A DNA stretch of 64,000 nucleotides, taken from NCBI GenBank assembly GCA_965214705.1, contig OZ243972.1, positions 3,712,001-3,776,000 of the forward strand, in the 5' to 3' direction. This document shows positions 19,735 through 30,892 of this stretch, in pieces (position 1 is the first letter of the stretch; each line of letters starts with the position of its first letter). Origin of the DNA: Alphaproteobacteria bacterium (lineage in GTDB: Bacteria > Pseudomonadota > Alphaproteobacteria > UBA828). The translations under genes were made by a program, and so were the position numbers. Under the pieces are notes generated by a model. The model was not told the DNA's origin. It worked only from the letters and a program-made list of their open reading frames with translations, and ran no database searches.

Positions 19735-20292
19735 ATGAACTGGCTACTGTCGGGCTGGCGGCGCTGGCTTCTCGCGGGTTTGGCCTGCTGCGCCACCATC
19801 GCGGCGGCGTACGCGACGCCCGTTCACGTGCCGGAAGTCGATGTGACGGTTCGCTCGGCGCCCGTCGACGCGTTGTCCGGCCACGTTGCCGCTCTGGCAG
19901 CCGGAGAAGATCTTGGGTCCCTGCTCGCGAGCCGGCGCTGGGGCAATGTTCAGCCGTCATCGAAAGAGCCCGTCGAACCGAGCACGCCGGACCCGCAATC
20001 TGCTCCGAGGATCAATCCCGAACTCCTGAAGATGAACTTTGTCGGGTTGATTACCGTGCAGGATCAGCGCACAGTGTTGCTTGCCGTTCCGAACGTCGGA
20101 ATTGAGAGATTTGTCGCCGGCGATACACTGCCGGACGGCCGCGTTCTGGTCTCCGTGACGGACAACAGTCTCACGATCAAAGCGGAGGATCTTCCGGAAG
20201 AGGAGCTGTTGTTGTTCCCCTCCATCGCGAATGACGCACAGCGGGCTGGGAGATCCGAGGCACATGACCAAGATGTTGGGGAGGCGAGATGA
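19735..20292 (+). CDS. GspC/PilP-like T2SS accessory protein
   Basis: Membrane anchor plus FVGLI...VAGDTLPDGRVLVSV; ATGA overlap with gspD. Confidence 0.55.
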   Translation: MNWLLSGWRRWLLAGLACCATIAAAYATPVHVPEVDVTVRSAPVDALSGHVAALAAGEDLGSLLASRRWGNVQPSSKEPVEPSTPDPQSAPRINPELLKMNFVGLITVQDQRTVLLAVPNVGIERFVAGDTLPDGRVLVSVTDNSLTIKAEDLPEEELLLFPSIANDAQRAGRSEAHDQDVGEAR

Positions 20293-22397
20293 GATTTCCT
20301 AGTCCCGCCATTTTTCCGGCCATGCTGGTGGTGGTGATGGGGCTACTGTCGGCATGTGCGGAACTTCGGGTTGACCCGTTACCGGAACCGATCCGCCCGC
20401 CAAAGGAATATGTGTCCGCGGCGCAGGAGGAGCCAGTGCCGGCGGAGGCACCGGTGGAGCAGGAGTTGCGCACGTCCCGAGCCCCGGGGGTGGTGATCCA
20501 GCGTTCGGTGGCTGAGGGCATTACCGACCGGCTGGGCGAAGATCTCTCCGGAAATCCCATCCGCGTCAGCTTTCACAACATTCCTCTTGTGCCCTTCATC
20601 AACGAAATTTTTGGTGAAGAGCTGGGGATGTCGTTCTTGATTTCACCGGGCTTGCGACGCAAGTCGGATCTCGTGACTCTCAAGTTGACGGAGCCACTGC
20701 CGCCGCGCCAGCTCTTTGCGACGGCCCGTCGGGTTCTGCGCGAGTACGGCGTCGACATCGTAGCGGCAGAGGAAGGTATCCTAACCTTCGTTCCGAGCCA
20801 GGACATCGCCTCGCGCGATGTTCCCCTGTTCGTCAGCGGTCGTGCGTTGCCGGATGTTCCGCCCAGCCATCGCGTGATTTTCCAGTTGGTGCAGCTCAGG
20901 GTGGTTCGCGGTCCGCAAGTCCGGGGATGGTTGAGTGCTGCATTCGACCGCCAGGACCTGGAAGTCATCGAGGACCCCGATCGCAATGCCCTGCTGCTCA
21001 AGGGCAACAGCGACATGCTTGCGCGTGCTCTCGCCATGATCGAGGTGCTCGACCAGCCGTTACTGCGCGGGCGCTACGGCGTCATTATCGAACCCGTCTT
21101 CATGCGGTCCCAGGACTTGGCACGGGCGCTGAACGAAGTTCTCAACGCCGAAGGGTATCAGGCGAGCATCGGCACCGGCGGAGTTGGCGGTTCGATTATA
21201 CTTCTCGCCTTGACGGAGGTGGACAAGATGGTCGCCTTCGCGGCAGACCAGGCCACGCTCGACCACGTCGAGCAATGGGCGCGTCTTCTGGATTCCCGCC
21301 GCAAGGAGTCGATCGATTCGGCGGTTTTTGCGTACGAGGTTCTCAATACCCAGGCAGAAGAGCTGACCGATACCCTGAACCGCATGTTCGGCTCCGGTCT
21401 GGCCGGCAAACCTCAGCCGGACGCGATGGCCGCAGGCGAAGGCGAACGGGGGTCCCGGCCCACCGAGGCGCAACCGGCCAGCGCCAGAATCGTCGTCGAC
21501 AAGAATCGCAACATGCTGCTCTTCCGGGGCTCCGGCAAGGAGTGGGCCGAGATTCGAAGCGTGATCGAAAAACTCGACAGGTCCGTGCCGTCGGCGTTGA
21601 TCGAAGTGCTGATTGCGGAAGTCACGCTGTCCGATCAGGAGAAATCGGGTATCGAGTTTCTCTTGAGGGGCAGCGTCGATGACTATGGTCTTGCCGGCAC
21701 GCTGGGCGGCCTGGGTCTTGGCGGCTCAGGCTTGACGGTGACTCTGGACAATGCCGGAGAGACGCGCGCGGCGTTGAACCTGTTCTACAGGGACGACCGG
21801 GTCGTAATCCGGTCTCGGCCGCGCCTTCTCGTCAAGAGCGGTGAGACTGCAACGATCGATGTCGGCAACGAGATCCCTATAATCACACGAATTTCGGAAG
21901 AGGATCGTCAGACCGTCGATTCAGTCAACATCCTGCAGGACGTCACCTACCGCAAGACCGGCGTGCAACTTGAGATCAAGCCGGTTGTACAGGCCAACGG
22001 GCTAGTCGACCTGCAGATTTCGCAGCAACTCAGCGAAGCGCGGCCGACCGCAGCGACGAGCCTAGCGGGCACTCCCACAATCCTGAACCGTCAGATCAGC
22101 ACCAGCCTGACGCTCAAGGACGGCGGATCGTTGCTGCTCGGCGGCCTCATTTCCGGCAGCCAAAGTGCAGGCGAAACTGGCGTTCCCATCCTCGGGCAAC
22201 TGCCAGGGATTGGCCAGCTATTTCGTGCCGACTCCATTCAGGAAGATCGAACGGAATTGCTGATCATGGTGACGCCGTACGTGATCACCAATCACGAAGA
22301 GGGCTGGGAGCTGACGCGGCAGATCCGAGACCGTCTGGACCTGCATTCGTTTATCGCCGACGATCCTGGACCGCCGCTCCTGCCTGGTGGTCAGTAA
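20289..22397 (+). CDS. gspD: Type II secretion secretin
   Basis: Lipobox LSAC; IEVLIAEV, GETATIDVGNEIP, YRKTGVQLEIKP, GVPILGQLPGIGQLF, RTELLIMVTP. Confidence 0.92.
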   Translation: MRFPSPAIFPAMLVVVMGLLSACAELRVDPLPEPIRPPKEYVSAAQEEPVPAEAPVEQELRTSRAPGVVIQRSVAEGITDRLGEDLSGNPIRVSFHNIPLVPFINEIFGEELGMSFLISPGLRRKSDLVTLKLTEPLPPRQLFATARRVLREYGVDIVAAEEGILTFVPSQDIASRDVPLFVSGRALPDVPPSHRVIFQLVQLRVVRGPQVRGWLSAAFDRQDLEVIEDPDRNALLLKGNSDMLARALAMIEVLDQPLLRGRYGVIIEPVFMRSQDLARALNEVLNAEGYQASIGTGGVGGSIILLALTEVDKMVAFAADQATLDHVEQWARLLDSRRKESIDSAVFAYEVLNTQAEELTDTLNRMFGSGLAGKPQPDAMAAGEGERGSRPTEAQPASARIVVDKNRNMLLFRGSGKEWAEIRSVIEKLDRSVPSALIEVLIAEVTLSDQEKSGIEFLLRGSVDDYGLAGTLGGLGLGGSGLTVTLDNAGETRAALNLFYRDDRVVIRSRPRLLVKSGETATIDVGNEIPIITRISEEDRQTVDSVNILQDVTYRKTGVQLEIKPVVQANGLVDLQISQQLSEARPTAATSLAGTPTILNRQISTSLTLKDGGSLLLGGLISGSQSAGETGVPILGQLPGIGQLFRADSIQEDRTELLIMVTPYVITNHEEGWELTRQIRDRLDLHSFIADDPGPPLLPGGQ

Positions 22398-22606
22398 TTT
22401 CCGCTTCGGACGTGTGGTAGGTGCGACGCATTTTCCTGGTGCGCAAATTCTATTTGCTGAGAGTGTTGGCCTCTCGCCGTACGTTGTGCCTCCGAGCCGG
22501 TGATCGATGGGCTCCGCCAGACACGGCTCTATGCTCGAGGAATGCTCCGGATGACAAGGGGTATTCAGAGCCCGAGCAGTGAGCCGACCGTAAGCCCGAA
22601 GGTCGG

Positions 22607-23305
22607 ATGCCGGCTGTGCCGTGTGGCGGAACAACCGCCGTGATTAGCGCGCGCTATTGCTGCCAGGACTCGGGCTTCAGGCTCGTATCCCCTGACTTGG
22701 TGCCTCTGATCCCGTGGCTTATGCGTCGCGGCCGATGCCCTCATTGTGGCGCGAAAATCTCGCCCGTCGTTCCGGTTCTGGAATTCGCGATGATCGCTGT
22801 GGTGATCGTCACCGCTGTGCTGGTGCGAGACGATGCACAAGCCGCGGCAGGATGCTTCCTGGGATGGCTGCTCGTTCTGCTGGTGATCGCCGATTTGCGG
22901 CACCAAATTCTACCAGACAGCCTGACGGCAACAGTGCTGGCGAGCGGCTTGCTGGCGGCGCTGTTCCTGCCGTCACCGGGCTTCACCGAGGCGCTGATCG
23001 GAGCGGCGATCGGCGGCGGTAGCTTCTTCTTGCTGCGCTTCCTCTATTTCCGCTACCGCGGCATCGAGGGGCTCGGCCTGGGCGATGTGAAGTTGATGGC
23101 CGGACTGGGCGCCTGGCTCGGCCCGGCTTGGCTGCCGCCCCTGGTCCTCATCGCTGCCGTGGCTGGACTCATGGTCGTTCTGCTGCAGTCCTGGCGCCGG
23201 GGAACCGGGGTTCCCGCGACGAGCAGGGTCGCCTTCGGCGCCTATCTCGGCGGTGTGGCCCTGCTGCTCTGGGGCCTAAAATCGACGGGTGTGTGGGAGT
23301 GGTAG
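22607..23305 (+). CDS. gspO: Prepilin peptidase (N-terminus possibly degenerate)
   Basis: RGRCPHCG, DLRHQILPD, GLGLGDVKL, AFGAYL; first TM segment and first CxxC not evident. Confidence 0.8.
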   Translation: MPAVPCGGTTAVISARYCCQDSGFRLVSPDLVPLIPWLMRRGRCPHCGAKISPVVPVLEFAMIAVVIVTAVLVRDDAQAAAGCFLGWLLVLLVIADLRHQILPDSLTATVLASGLLAALFLPSPGFTEALIGAAIGGGSFFLLRFLYFRYRGIEGLGLGDVKLMAGLGAWLGPAWLPPLVLIAAVAGLMVVLLQSWRRGTGVPATSRVAFGAYLGGVALLLWGLKSTGVWEW

Positions 23306-23451
23306 ATGCTTGAATCCCCGTGCCGTCCGAGCGCGCGCCTCTCGTCAGACGCAGGCGTAATTGCTACGGTATGTGAACCGACACCAGACGCTGGAGTCCA
23401 ACCGCCAATGCCCAAGTCGCCGGAACGCGTGTCGGACGCCGCAACATCGGG

Positions 23452-25130
23452 GGGTGTAGGTCTGGCATGGCGATCGTAAGTCATTGATTTAGCGCGATTG
23501 GCGGGTGGCCGTAGGCAGCCAGAATCGGGTTTTCGTGACAATCGGCCGGTGCAGGGCCGGATTTTGTCACAACGGCGGCATCCAGCAGTGGTGGGTGGGA
23601 ACGCTCCGCACCGCGAGATGCGGTAGGATGCCGCGCCGACAACCCAACATCAGACCCAACATCAGGAGCGTTCCCATGCCAGTGTCGCAGTCTCTCATCG
23701 CCTCGTCCATCGACCTTTTGGGCCTGCCTGCCGAAGTCGCCGAAGCGGTCGCCCAGGTGGTGGAGTTCTGTCGCGAACAGGCTGGGTCTGACCCGTCTGC
23801 CGAGACGTTCGAAACGGTTGAGACGGGGCTGCGGGACGCCATGAACGGCTTGGGTTGCAAGCTCCTTGGGGCCTTCGCCGAGAGCCGCGACGACGGTGCG
23901 AGCCGGATCGAGCGCGACGGACAGAGCTGGGTCCGGGTGGCGGCGACGCCGAAGACGATCATGACGACGCTCGGTCCCGTGACCTATCGGCGTGCGCGCT
24001 ATCGCAGCGGCGCGAGCAGCACGTCGCTGGTGCCGGTGGACGAGAGCCTGGGCCTCATCGACGACTACCTGACGCGGCCGGCGGCGCAGCTCGGGCTGAT
24101 GATGATGGGCCACTGTACGCCGCGTGAAGCGGAGGAGTTCTTCGCGAAAATGGGCGGAATGACGCCGTCGGTGAGCACGCTGCAGCGCCTGGCCCTGAGC
24201 ATGCATGAGCACTGGGAGAGCGTCGCCCCGGAGACGCTGGCCAGCATCCGTGAAACCCAGGGCATACCGCCCGATGCGGTCACCGCGTCCGTCTCCCTTG
24301 ACGGCGTCATGGTGGCGCTGCGGGCCGGCGAGGACGGCCGTGCCGAGGCGTGCTGGCGCGAGGCCTCTTGCGGCACGGTCTCCTTCCACGACGCCGAGGG
24401 CCAACGGCTGAAGACCCTCTATCTCGGCCGTATGCCCGAGAGCGGCAAGGCCGCGCTGAAAGCGCAACTTGCAAGCGAGGTCGCCCATATCCGCCGTGTG
24501 AGCCCGAAGATCAGGATCGGCGCCGTCGCCGACGGGGCCGCCGACAACTGGACCTTCCTCGAAAGCCTCTCGCCCGAGACCGAGGTCATCGACTTCTGGC
24601 ACGCTTGCGAGCATCTCCGCGTGGCCTCTGACCATGCGGTGGCGCGCCACTGGTTCGAGAAGCACCGCGAAATCCTGCGCCACGACCCCCGCGGCGTCGA
24701 CAAGGTGATCCGGGCACTGCGCTACCTCCTGGACAGGGCAAAGGGGGACCCGGCCGAGATCGAGCGCGAGCTGGCCTTCTTCCGAAAGCACCGCCATCGG
24801 ATGCGCTACCACGCCCTGAAGGAAGAGGGCATCGCCATCGGCTCGGGTGTGGTCGAGGCGGCCTGCAAGACCCTCGTCGCGCAGCGCTTGAAACGCTCGG
24901 GCATGCGCTGGCGGATCGACGGCGGGCAGGCGGTTCTGACCTTCCGCGCCCTGATCAAATCCGGCCTCTTCGACCGGGCATGGGATGCGCTCATGGACGC
25001 CCGATCCGGACCAGCTAACGACAACATCAGCCCAACCGAAGTCCTGGCACTCGCTGCTTGACCAAAATGAACCAGCCCATATCCTTTAGCGCCATCACGA
25101 CTGGCATATCGCCATACGAGAATCACACCC
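23452..25130 (+). mobile_element. ISKra4-like IS copy 2 (1679 bp)
   Basis: Same IRs as copy 1; TSD ACATCGGG at 23444-51 and 25131-38. Confidence 0.9.
23676..25061 (+). CDS. ISKra4-like transposase
   Basis: Translation identical to 13415-14800. Confidence 0.88.
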   Translation: MPVSQSLIASSIDLLGLPAEVAEAVAQVVEFCREQAGSDPSAETFETVETGLRDAMNGLGCKLLGAFAESRDDGASRIERDGQSWVRVAATPKTIMTTLGPVTYRRARYRSGASSTSLVPVDESLGLIDDYLTRPAAQLGLMMMGHCTPREAEEFFAKMGGMTPSVSTLQRLALSMHEHWESVAPETLASIRETQGIPPDAVTASVSLDGVMVALRAGEDGRAEACWREASCGTVSFHDAEGQRLKTLYLGRMPESGKAALKAQLASEVAHIRRVSPKIRIGAVADGAADNWTFLESLSPETEVIDFWHACEHLRVASDHAVARHWFEKHREILRHDPRGVDKVIRALRYLLDRAKGDPAEIERELAFFRKHRHRMRYHALKEEGIAIGSGVVEAACKTLVAQRLKRSGMRWRIDGGQAVLTFRALIKSGLFDRAWDALMDARSGPANDNISPTEVLALAA

Positions 25131-27772
25131 ACATCGGGCGGGTATTCCGGGCAGCGCCTTGCCGAACTGCTGGTTGAGAGAAACGATGTTCAGCAGGCCG
25201 ACATGGACAAAGCCCTGCAGATACAACGCTCGATCGGCGGCAGGCTCGACGCCGTACTTCTGCGGACCGGCACCATTTCCGAAGACCTTCTTCTTCAAAG
25301 AATCGCCGAAATACAGGGAGCGGAATATCTCCGCAACGCGGAGGAGCTTCCCGGAAAGAAAGACGTCTATGAGTTCATTTCCGAGGCACCGATCAAGAAG
25401 GAGTGGTTTCTCGACAATGGCGTGCTGATGTGGCGCCGCAACGGCCAGCTCTTTTGTATCGCGCGGGACATCATGGATCATGGCGTTCTGGCCGTTCTCA
25501 GCTACTTTTATCCGGACGAAACGGTCAAGTATTGTCTCGCTACCGGCCACCAGATCGACCATCTTCTCGAGTTCGTGAAGAAGGAGCGGGCGAGCCAGGC
25601 TCCCTACTCCGGCGACGATACCAGGCAGCTGACGGAAATGGCCGAAGAGGCGCCGATCATCGAGTTCGTGAACAATCTTCTTGCGCAGGCCGTCTACGTG
25701 AAGGCCTCGGACATCCACATCGAACCGACGGAGGAGCATTTCCTGGTTCGCATGCGCGTCGACGGCGTGCTGCAAACCAAGCAGACGCAACCGGTCGAGC
25801 GGTTTCCGGCCGTCGCATCCCGCATCAAGCTCGTATCGGGCCTCGACATTGCGGAACGGCGGCTGCCCCAGGACGGGCGGATCTCGACCCGGATTGCCGG
25901 CCAGGAGATGGACATCCGTGTGTCGACGGTGCCCTGCGCCTTCGGGGAGTCCGTGGTCTTGCGGATGCTGGCGAAGGAGCGGGCGGACCTTGTCCTGACG
26001 AATCTGGGCATGGAGGCGGATCATCTCTCCCAGTTCCGGCGCTGGTTCCAGACCAGCAGCGGCATCATTCTGGTGACCGGACCAACGGGGTCGGGGAAAT
26101 CCACGACGCTTGCCTCGGCGCTCACGGAGATCGACGACGGCGTCAAGAAGCTCATCACGGTGGAGGACCCGGTCGAGCACCAGATGCCCAACATCACCCA
26201 GATTCAGACGCACGCGGAGATCGGCTATACCTTCGCCCGCGCCTTGCGCGCCATTCTGCGTCAGGATCCGGACGTCATCATGATCGGCGAGATCCGCGAC
26301 CTGGAGACGGCGGAAATCGCCATCCGTTCGGCCATGACTGGCCACCTGGTGCTGTCCACGGCCCACACCAACGACGCGCTGTCCAGCTTCACGCGACTGA
26401 TCGACATGGGCGTGGAGCCGTTTCTGGTCGCTGCATCGGTGCGCGGGGTCCAGGCGCAGCGGCTCGTGCGCAGGGCATGTCCGCGTTGCTCGGAGCCCAT
26501 CGATCCGCCCTCCGCATTCGGCGAGAGCCTCGAGCGAATCCCTCCGGACTTGCTCGGCGACCGCTGGGTGACGGTCCACGGCTGCGACGCCTGCGAACGG
26601 ACCGGCTACACCGGCAGGACCGGCATCTACGAACTCGTTCCGGTGACCGGCGAACTCCAGGAGCTCATCGTTTCAGGGGCGAAACTCAATGAACTGAAGA
26701 CGCTGGCCTTGCAGCAGGGTCATCGAACCCTGCTGGAAGACGGCCTGCTCAAGGCTTCCCATGGTCGCACCACTGCGGAAGAAGTGACCCGCCTCACGCT
26801 CGAGGAGTGATCCACGATGCGGGAGTATCAGTACGAGATCGTCGATCGCAGCGGTCGAGTGGTGAAGGGAGTCGCTGAGGCCGCCTCTGTTTCCGACCTG
26901 GTTCGCGAGCTGAGTGCCGAGGGCCATACCGTGGTCGAGGTGACGGAGCCCCGCGCAACGCGGCCTCCGCTGTTGCGCCGCCGGCTCGGCGCCCAAGACC
27001 AGATGATGGCACTTCACGAATTGGCGACACTGCTTGAATCGGGTGTCTCGCTCGGCAATGCGGTGCAGGCTCAAGTCAGCGGCACCCGGCATCCCTCGCT
27101 GGCCCAGGCCTTCGAGGCCATGTCCAGGGGGCTCATGCGCGGAGAGAGCTTTCTCGAAGCCCTGCGCGCCGGACAGTTGGCTCTTCCGGACTACGTTTAT
27201 CGCCTGGTGGAGGCCGGCGAATTGAACGGTCAGCTCGCGGGGGCTTTGCGCCAGGCCGTCGATCAGATGCAGTACGATCAACGGGTCGCCACGGAGATGC
27301 GCGGCGCGCTGCTCTACCCGTCGATCCTGATCGTCGCCGGCTGCGCGGCAGTGCTCCTCGTCTTTGTCTTCGTGATCCCTCAATTCGCCAATTTGCTCGA
27401 GACCGGAAATGAACTGCCCGTGCTGGCGGAAGCCGTCATGCACACCGGTCTCTGGTTCAATGCCAACGGCTGGCAGCTGGCAGCAGCTCTTGCCGTCATC
27501 ACCCTTGCCATTGCTCTGCTCGTACGGCGCGAAGGTGTCCGTCAGCGAGTCCGGGACAGCCTCTCCACGCTGCCGATCCTTTCCGACTGGTTTACCGAGA
27601 CGGATACCGCAAAGTGGGCTTCACTCATGAGCGCCATGCTGGCGAGTCGGGTGGGTCTCCTGGACGCGCTGGGCCTTGCCGCAAGCAGCGTGCGAATCAC
27701 CCGACGCAAGGCAATGCTGGAGCAGGCGACGAGCGACGTCCGCAGCGGCGCCTCGCTTTCGGCGGCACTAGA

Positions 27773-29932
27773 CCCAAGTTGGCACTTTTGTCCTACCCAT
27801 GTCCTTTATCGTGTTGATGTAACGCGATATTTCTCTCGGCCGGTTCCAACATGGCACTACATTTTGTTGGATTCTGTCAGTTCGGCAGGCGGGTCCTCGT
27901 GCGGTGGATGGCGGGTTCCACGCCCGCCGCCGAGGAGATTGCGGCAACCTCAGCGGCCGGGCGCGTGTCCTGTCGATTGACGATCAAGGTGCCGTCGGTC
28001 TGGCGCAGGCGCGTGGTGATCCGCACCCAGGTCCGCATGCTCTCGCGGATCGATGCCCAGCACTTGTGGATGTCCCGCGCGGCCAGCCGGGAACGGATCA
28101 GATGCACGGCGTGGTAGGCCAGCACGGCGATCAGCAGGTGGGCCGCGATGCGCCGGTCGAGCTGGTGCCAGATCGGGCGAAGGCCGAGTTCGGATTTCAG
28201 GCTTCGGAATGTCGCCTCGATATCCGTGATCCGCCAGTACGTCCGCAGGACCGTCTCGATATCCCAGTCGACGTGGCTGGTGCGCAGCACATAGGCGCCC
28301 GCGCCCTCATCGGCCTCGTCGTATCGCGGCCTGCGCTTGAAGCGCACGGCGGTGGCATTGGGGCCGGTGTCCGCCTTCTCGACCGTGATCTCGTAGTGCC
28401 TGGCGACGGCGGAGAAGCGCTGCTTGAGGCGGCCTATGCTCTCCAGCACCTTGTCGTAGCGCTTGAGGCGGCCCTTGACCGCAAGGCCGCCGTGGAGCCT
28501 TTGCAGCGCCGCCTCGAAGCGGTTCCGCCTCAGGCCGATGATCGCGTTCTCGGCCTTCTTCTTGCCCTCGCTGACGACGTAGAGCCGCGCCTCGCCGTCC
28601 TCGCTGGCAAGCCGCCAGGCCCGCACCTCGTGGCGCGCGCTGGTGATCAGCAGGGCCTCGGGTCCGCCCTCGGGCGGCGCAGGCCTGGCACCGCGGCTGA
28701 CCGCGATCCAGTCGTAGCCCTGCTCGCCCAGCCAGACGATGTTCTCCTCGGTGGCGATGCCCGCGTCCATGACCACCGTGGGCTTCGCCGCCGTGCCGCC
28801 GCATACCGCCTCGAGCCGGGCCAGCGCCTCGTGCAGCGTGCCCGGCTCGCTCACGTTGCCGGGCAGGATCTCGCAACTGCGCGGGAAGCCCGCACCGTCG
28901 AGCGCCAGCGCCAGCGTGATGAGGGGACAGTCGTCGCGCTTCTGCTTGGAGCGCCCGAACCTGGGAAGCTCGCCGTCGGTGTGGCCGTGGTAGTGGACGT
29001 TGGTGAGATCGTAGAAGGCGATCGTCTCGGGCAGGTCGAGCAGCGCGCGCTCACGGTTGAACAGTTCCCTCTGGATGGCGGCCCGGTGGCGCCAGAGCAG
29101 GTCGCCGATGCGGTAGAGCGTCTTGCGCCGCAGCGCCTTGCGGTCGCCCTCCAGGCCCAGGAGCTCGGCGGCCGCGCTGTCGTGGCGGAGCCAGCGGCTG
29201 GTATCACGCTCGCTGGCGGGATGGACCATCCTGGCGACGATCAGCGCGCTGGCGATGCGTCCGTCGCGGCCCTTGATGTCGAGGCCGTGGAGGATTTCGG
29301 CGAAGCCAAGGTCGTCGAGGGCCTTGAGGCACAGGCGCTCGCAGCCGACGGTGCGCGGGTTCTCATGCTCCAGGGTATCGAGGTCGACGGTGGCGATCTC
29401 GGGCTTGCGCGCCTCTTCCTGCATCGCCTCGGCACGGAACCCCCTGGCCCTGAGCTTGGCGACGATGTCCTCGGCTGCGGCCTGCACGTCCGGGACGGCT
29501 TGGAGCAGCGGCGGGCGGCCGTGCAGCAGCGCCTCGGCGAGTTCGGCCACTTCGCGCCATTTCTCCTTCGGCACCGGATAGTCGGTGCCGAGGTTGAGGA
29601 GCGTGCGCTGCCTGACCTTGTCGCCGATGCGCTGGGAGAGCACGAGGCGATGGCTTCGGACGGGCTTGCCGTCGGTGGTGTGGGTCTTGGTTGCCCTGAT
29701 GAACATGTCGCCCGTCGCGAGATTGTTGCGAGGGGCCAAGATTTGTCGGCTTGGGGTCTGGGGTCAAGGGAAAATCGTCAATACCTAACAACTCCTGGCA
29801 CTACAACGCGCTTCCAGCGCCTCAATTACACATATAGTGGCATCATCTCGGAGCTACCCCAATATGTGGTACTTCGGTCCGCAAAATATGGGCAGACCGG
29901 CATTGAGCAACCGGAAAAAGTGCCAACTTGGG
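27773..29932 (-). mobile_element. IS1634-family IS
   Basis: 17-bp IR CCCAAGTTGGCACTTTT; TSD TAGA (27769-72, 29933-36). Confidence 0.9.
27877..29706 (-). CDS. IS1634-family transposase
   Basis: FYDLTNVHY, FGRSKQKRDD, VVMDAGI, IEATFRSLKSELGLRPIWH. Confidence 0.9.
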   Translation of the reverse strand: MFIRATKTHTTDGKPVRSHRLVLSQRIGDKVRQRTLLNLGTDYPVPKEKWREVAELAEALLHGRPPLLQAVPDVQAAAEDIVAKLRARGFRAEAMQEEARKPEIATVDLDTLEHENPRTVGCERLCLKALDDLGFAEILHGLDIKGRDGRIASALIVARMVHPASERDTSRWLRHDSAAAELLGLEGDRKALRRKTLYRIGDLLWRHRAAIQRELFNRERALLDLPETIAFYDLTNVHYHGHTDGELPRFGRSKQKRDDCPLITLALALDGAGFPRSCEILPGNVSEPGTLHEALARLEAVCGGTAAKPTVVMDAGIATEENIVWLGEQGYDWIAVSRGARPAPPEGGPEALLITSARHEVRAWRLASEDGEARLYVVSEGKKKAENAIIGLRRNRFEAALQRLHGGLAVKGRLKRYDKVLESIGRLKQRFSAVARHYEITVEKADTGPNATAVRFKRRPRYDEADEGAGAYVLRTSHVDWDIETVLRTYWRITDIEATFRSLKSELGLRPIWHQLDRRIAAHLLIAVLAYHAVHLIRSRLAARDIHKCWASIRESMRTWVRITTRLRQTDGTLIVNRQDTRPAAEVAAISSAAGVEPAIHRTRTRLPN

Positions 29933-30196
29933 TAGAGAAGCGCCGCGCGCTCACGCCCACCGGTTACAGCCTGCTTCGCATCGGCGAGCAATCGGGGCAG
30001 CTTGCCGAGATGCTGAGGGCGCTCGCGACGCTCTATGACGAGAACAGCCGCCGGCGCATGAAGCGGTTCCTCACCCTGATCGAACCGCTGGCCGTCGTGC
30101 TGGTCGGTGGATTCCTCGGTGTCATCATGATCGGAATCATTCTTGCGATCACCAGTGTCAACGATATCGCGTTTTGACCGGACGGAGAGATCCGCG

Positions 30197-30739
30197 ATGC
30201 CCGGCACAGAACCGCAGTCAACGCGCAAGCGGGGGACCCGGAAAGCAACGCCGCGCCGGCCGCGCCCGGGCAAGGGACGCCGGGCATCCAAGGCGGCGGT
30301 CGCAGGTTCCCCCAATGCAGGATTCACCCTCATCGAGCTCATGGTGGTTCTCGTCATACTCGGCCTGCTGGCGGGGCTGGTCGGACCACAACTCTTCGGC
30401 AGGATCGACACGTCGAAGGTGAAGACGGCCGAGACTCAAGTCAAAATGCTGCGTGGCGCCCTGCAGGCGTTTCGCCTGGACGTGGGCAGATATCCCACCA
30501 CTGCGGAAGGGCTCGCCGCCCTGGTCCGCCCCCCGCCGGAGGCCACAGACTTCTGGAGCGGACCCTATCTCGACGGCGAGGTGCCGGAAGACCCGTGGAA
30601 CGCGCCCTATCGATACCTTTATCCGGCAGACAACCTTCAGGGCTTCGCTCTCTATTCGCTCGGCGCCGACTCGCAGGATGGTGGAGACGGCACCGATGCC
30701 GATGTCGGCTACCTTCCGACAGAGCCGCAGTCGCGCTAG
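30197..30739 (+). CDS. gspG: T2SS major pseudopilin
   Basis: GFTLIELMVV, DVGRYPTTAEGL, WSGPYL, DPW..PY.Y, SLGAD. Confidence 0.93.
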   Translation: MPGTEPQSTRKRGTRKATPRRPRPGKGRRASKAAVAGSPNAGFTLIELMVVLVILGLLAGLVGPQLFGRIDTSKVKTAETQVKMLRGALQAFRLDVGRYPTTAEGLAALVRPPPEATDFWSGPYLDGEVPEDPWNAPYRYLYPADNLQGFALYSLGADSQDGGDGTDADVGYLPTEPQSR

Positions 30740-30783
30740 TGACCCGTTCGAGACGTTTCTATCCGTTTGCGCCGCACTCCACA

Positions 30784-30892
30784 CGTCATGACCGGACTTG
30801 TCCCGGCCACCCGCGGGTTATTTTTGCGGTCGGTACAAAGAACGTGGATGCCCGGATACCCGGAACGGGTCCGGGCATGTTCGGGCATGACG
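30784..30892. repeat. Degenerate REP-like palindrome
   Basis: CGTCATG ACCGGACTTGTCCCGGCCAC...CGTGGATGCCCGG...GGCATGACG with inverted ends; resembles alphaproteobacterial REP elements. Confidence 0.6.

Larger units (their letters stand above)
23306..26810 (+). pseudogene. gspE: T2SS ATPase interrupted near its 5' end by ISKra4 copy 2
   Basis: ATG at 23306 directly follows the gspO TAG; 23306-23451 joined to 25139-26810 gives an open 605-aa frame; GPTGSGKST, LRQDPD, GEIRD, two CxxC. Confidence 0.88.
26817..30177 (+). pseudogene. gspF: T2SS inner-membrane platform protein interrupted by IS1634
   Basis: ELATLLESGV, AGELNGQL, ALLYP; C-terminus IGEQSGQLAEML...LIEP resumes at 29937; rejoined frame is 398 aa. 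Confidence 0.9.

Noticed and set aside
13346-25130. Composite transposon or inversion formed by the two inverted ISKra4 copies
   Set aside because: Each copy has its own intact target duplication, and copy 2 sits in a reconstructable gspE, so these are independent insertions with no inversion.
27904-30177. 757-aa ORF as a novel GspF fusion
   Set aside because: Antisense to the IS1634 transposase and runs into the gspF tail by chance.
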